DNA of 63,648 nt, filler included. It is 8 parts of 8 records of this genome, joined end to end, with 100 filler letters (N's around TTAATTAATTAA, not from the genome) between each part and the next. Parts side by side here need not be neighbours in the genome. Positions count along the whole stretch, not along the records: positions 56,532 to 63,648 come from SRR31156797_68789; 7 more parts are not named here. One strand, given 5' to 3'. Shown piece by piece: positions 62,563 to 63,648 of this stretch. The notes beneath the pieces are model-generated. The model had not been told where the DNA came from. It saw nothing but the letters and a program-made list of their open reading frames with translations, and searched no databases. Numbering within the stretch: position 1 is the stretch's first letter; each line of letters opens with the position of its first letter. The position numbers were made by a program, and so were the translations under genes.

Positions 62563-63648
62563 CGGGCGGCCTCCTCGCTGTGGCAGGTGATGATGAGGTT
62601 GCCGAAGCGGTCCACCTCACCCTGGGCACCGGGGGGGATCACCACGGTGGCGGAGTATTCCAGGACAATGGCCGGTCCGGGGATGCGGTTGCCGTGTCGC
62701 AATTTGTTCCTGGGGACCAGGTCGGCCTCCCGGGGGGTGCCGTCGAAGATCACCCGCCGCTTGCCGGCAAAGGCGTCGGGATCGGGAACTTCGCTGTGGA
62801 AGGGTTCGGGCGCGAAACCGGGCTTTTCGGAAACGCCCCGGGCCCGGGTGCGGATGTTGACGATCTCCACGGCCTTGTTGCGGCTGGCGTAGCCGTAGCT
62901 TTTCTCGTGGAGCCGGTGGAAGCGCTCTTCATAGTCCGTATCAAAGGGAACCATGAGTTCAAAGGACTGGCCCTTGTACCGCATGTCCAGGTACTTTTCG
63001 GTGATGACGCTCTCCGGTTCAAATCCCTCGGCCCCAAGCTCTTTGATGCCGGTGGCCGTGAGCGGGGCAAAGCACTGGTCGATCCGGTGATAGAGCCCCG
63101 GTTCCTGCCGGAGCATCACCGTGAGGGAGTAGTCCTTGATCACGTCGGCCATGAGCATGCCCAGGGCGGACAGGGTGCCCGGGTGTTTCGGGATCATGAC
63201 CGTGGGGATGTTCATGAGCCGGGCCAGGTCCACGGCATGGAGGCCGCCGGCCCCGCCAAAGGAGAACAGGGTAAACTCGGACGGGTCGAACCCCCGCTCC
63301 ACCGAGATCACCCGGATCGCCTTTTCCATGACGGCGTTGGCCACGTCGATCACCCCCTGGGCAAGTTCCATGGGGGTGAGGCCGGTCTGTTGGGCCGTGG
63401 CTTCAAAGAAGCGGTTGAGCCGTTCAAAATCAAGTTCCATGGTGCCCCCCAGGAAATGATCGGGTACCAGGCGGCCCAGGAAGAGGTTGGCGTCGGTGAC
63501 CGTGATCCGTTCCCCGGTGCCGTAGCAGATGGGGCCGGGGGATGCGCCCGCGCTTTCCGGGCCCACCTTGAGGGCGCCTTGATTGTTGATGGCGAGCATT
63601 GACCCGCCGCCGGCCCCCACGGTGTGGATGTCGATCATGGGCACCTTG
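62559..63648 (-). CDS. Hydantoinase A / oxoprolinase family subunit, 5'-truncated
   Basis: IHTVGAGGGS, GPESAGA.PGP, FGGAGGLH, DMRYKGQ. Confidence 0.92.
   Translation of the reverse strand, partial: KVPMIDIHTVGAGGGSMLAINNQGALKVGPESAGASPGPICYGTGERITVTDANLFLGRLVPDHFLGGTMELDFERLNRFFEATAQQTGLTPMELAQGVIDVANAVMEKAIRVISVERGFDPSEFTLFSFGGAGGLHAVDLARLMNIPTVMIPKHPGTLSALGMLMADVIKDYSLTVMLRQEPGLYHRIDQCFAPLTATGIKELGAEGFEPESVITEKYLDMRYKGQSFELMVPFDTDYEERFHRLHEKSYGYASRNKAVEIVNIRTRARGVSEKPGFAPEPFHSEVPDPDAFAGKRRVIFDGTPREADLVPRNKLRHGNRIPGPAIVLEYSATVVIPPGAQGEVDRFGNLIITCHSEEAAR

Noticed and set aside
61048-62892. 614-aa + strand ORF
   Set aside because: Antisense shadow of the hydantoinase B/A genes in high-GC DNA; no recognisable motifs.

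Overview
This window is not one continuous locus. It is 8 separate contigs joined by 100-nt artificial linkers (44 N + TTAATTAATTAA + 44 N), probably from several organisms: mostly Desulfobacterota-like, plus one Bacteroidota-like adhesin fragment. (1) 1-7254: 5'-truncated teneurin-like NHL/YD/RHS protein with an internal Hint (intein-like) domain, a Gly-rich C-terminal tip and small membrane immunity-like genes. (2) 7355-14924: glycan-modification genes, a frameshifted IS1380 and a cNMP-patatin. (3) 15025-20067: 1440-aa NACHT/STAND NTPase with a C-terminal PD-(D/E)xK-like nuclease, beside integron attC sites. (4) 20168-30922: ppnN and a three-gene RHS locus in which all three proteins have signal peptides, followed by immunity and an orphan toxin cassette. 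(5) 31023-43199: VPLPA/PEP-CTERM cluster with a probable UGA-selenocysteine DUF1573 protein, an ECF transporter with a TudS-like gene, and polA. (6) 43300-49013: giant SprB/HYR/Ig adhesin fragment. (7) 49114-56431: housekeeping and signalling genes. (8) 56532-63648: TRAP transporter, pxpABC and hydantoinase/oxoprolinase. Best leads: the misplaced Hint domain, an apparently shared and uncharacterised RHS tip/2-TM immunity family on two contigs, the secreted U-G-C selenoprotein candidate, the integron-associated NACHT-nuclease, and the tripartite secreted RHS system. All family calls come from motif recognition by eye; no database searches were run.
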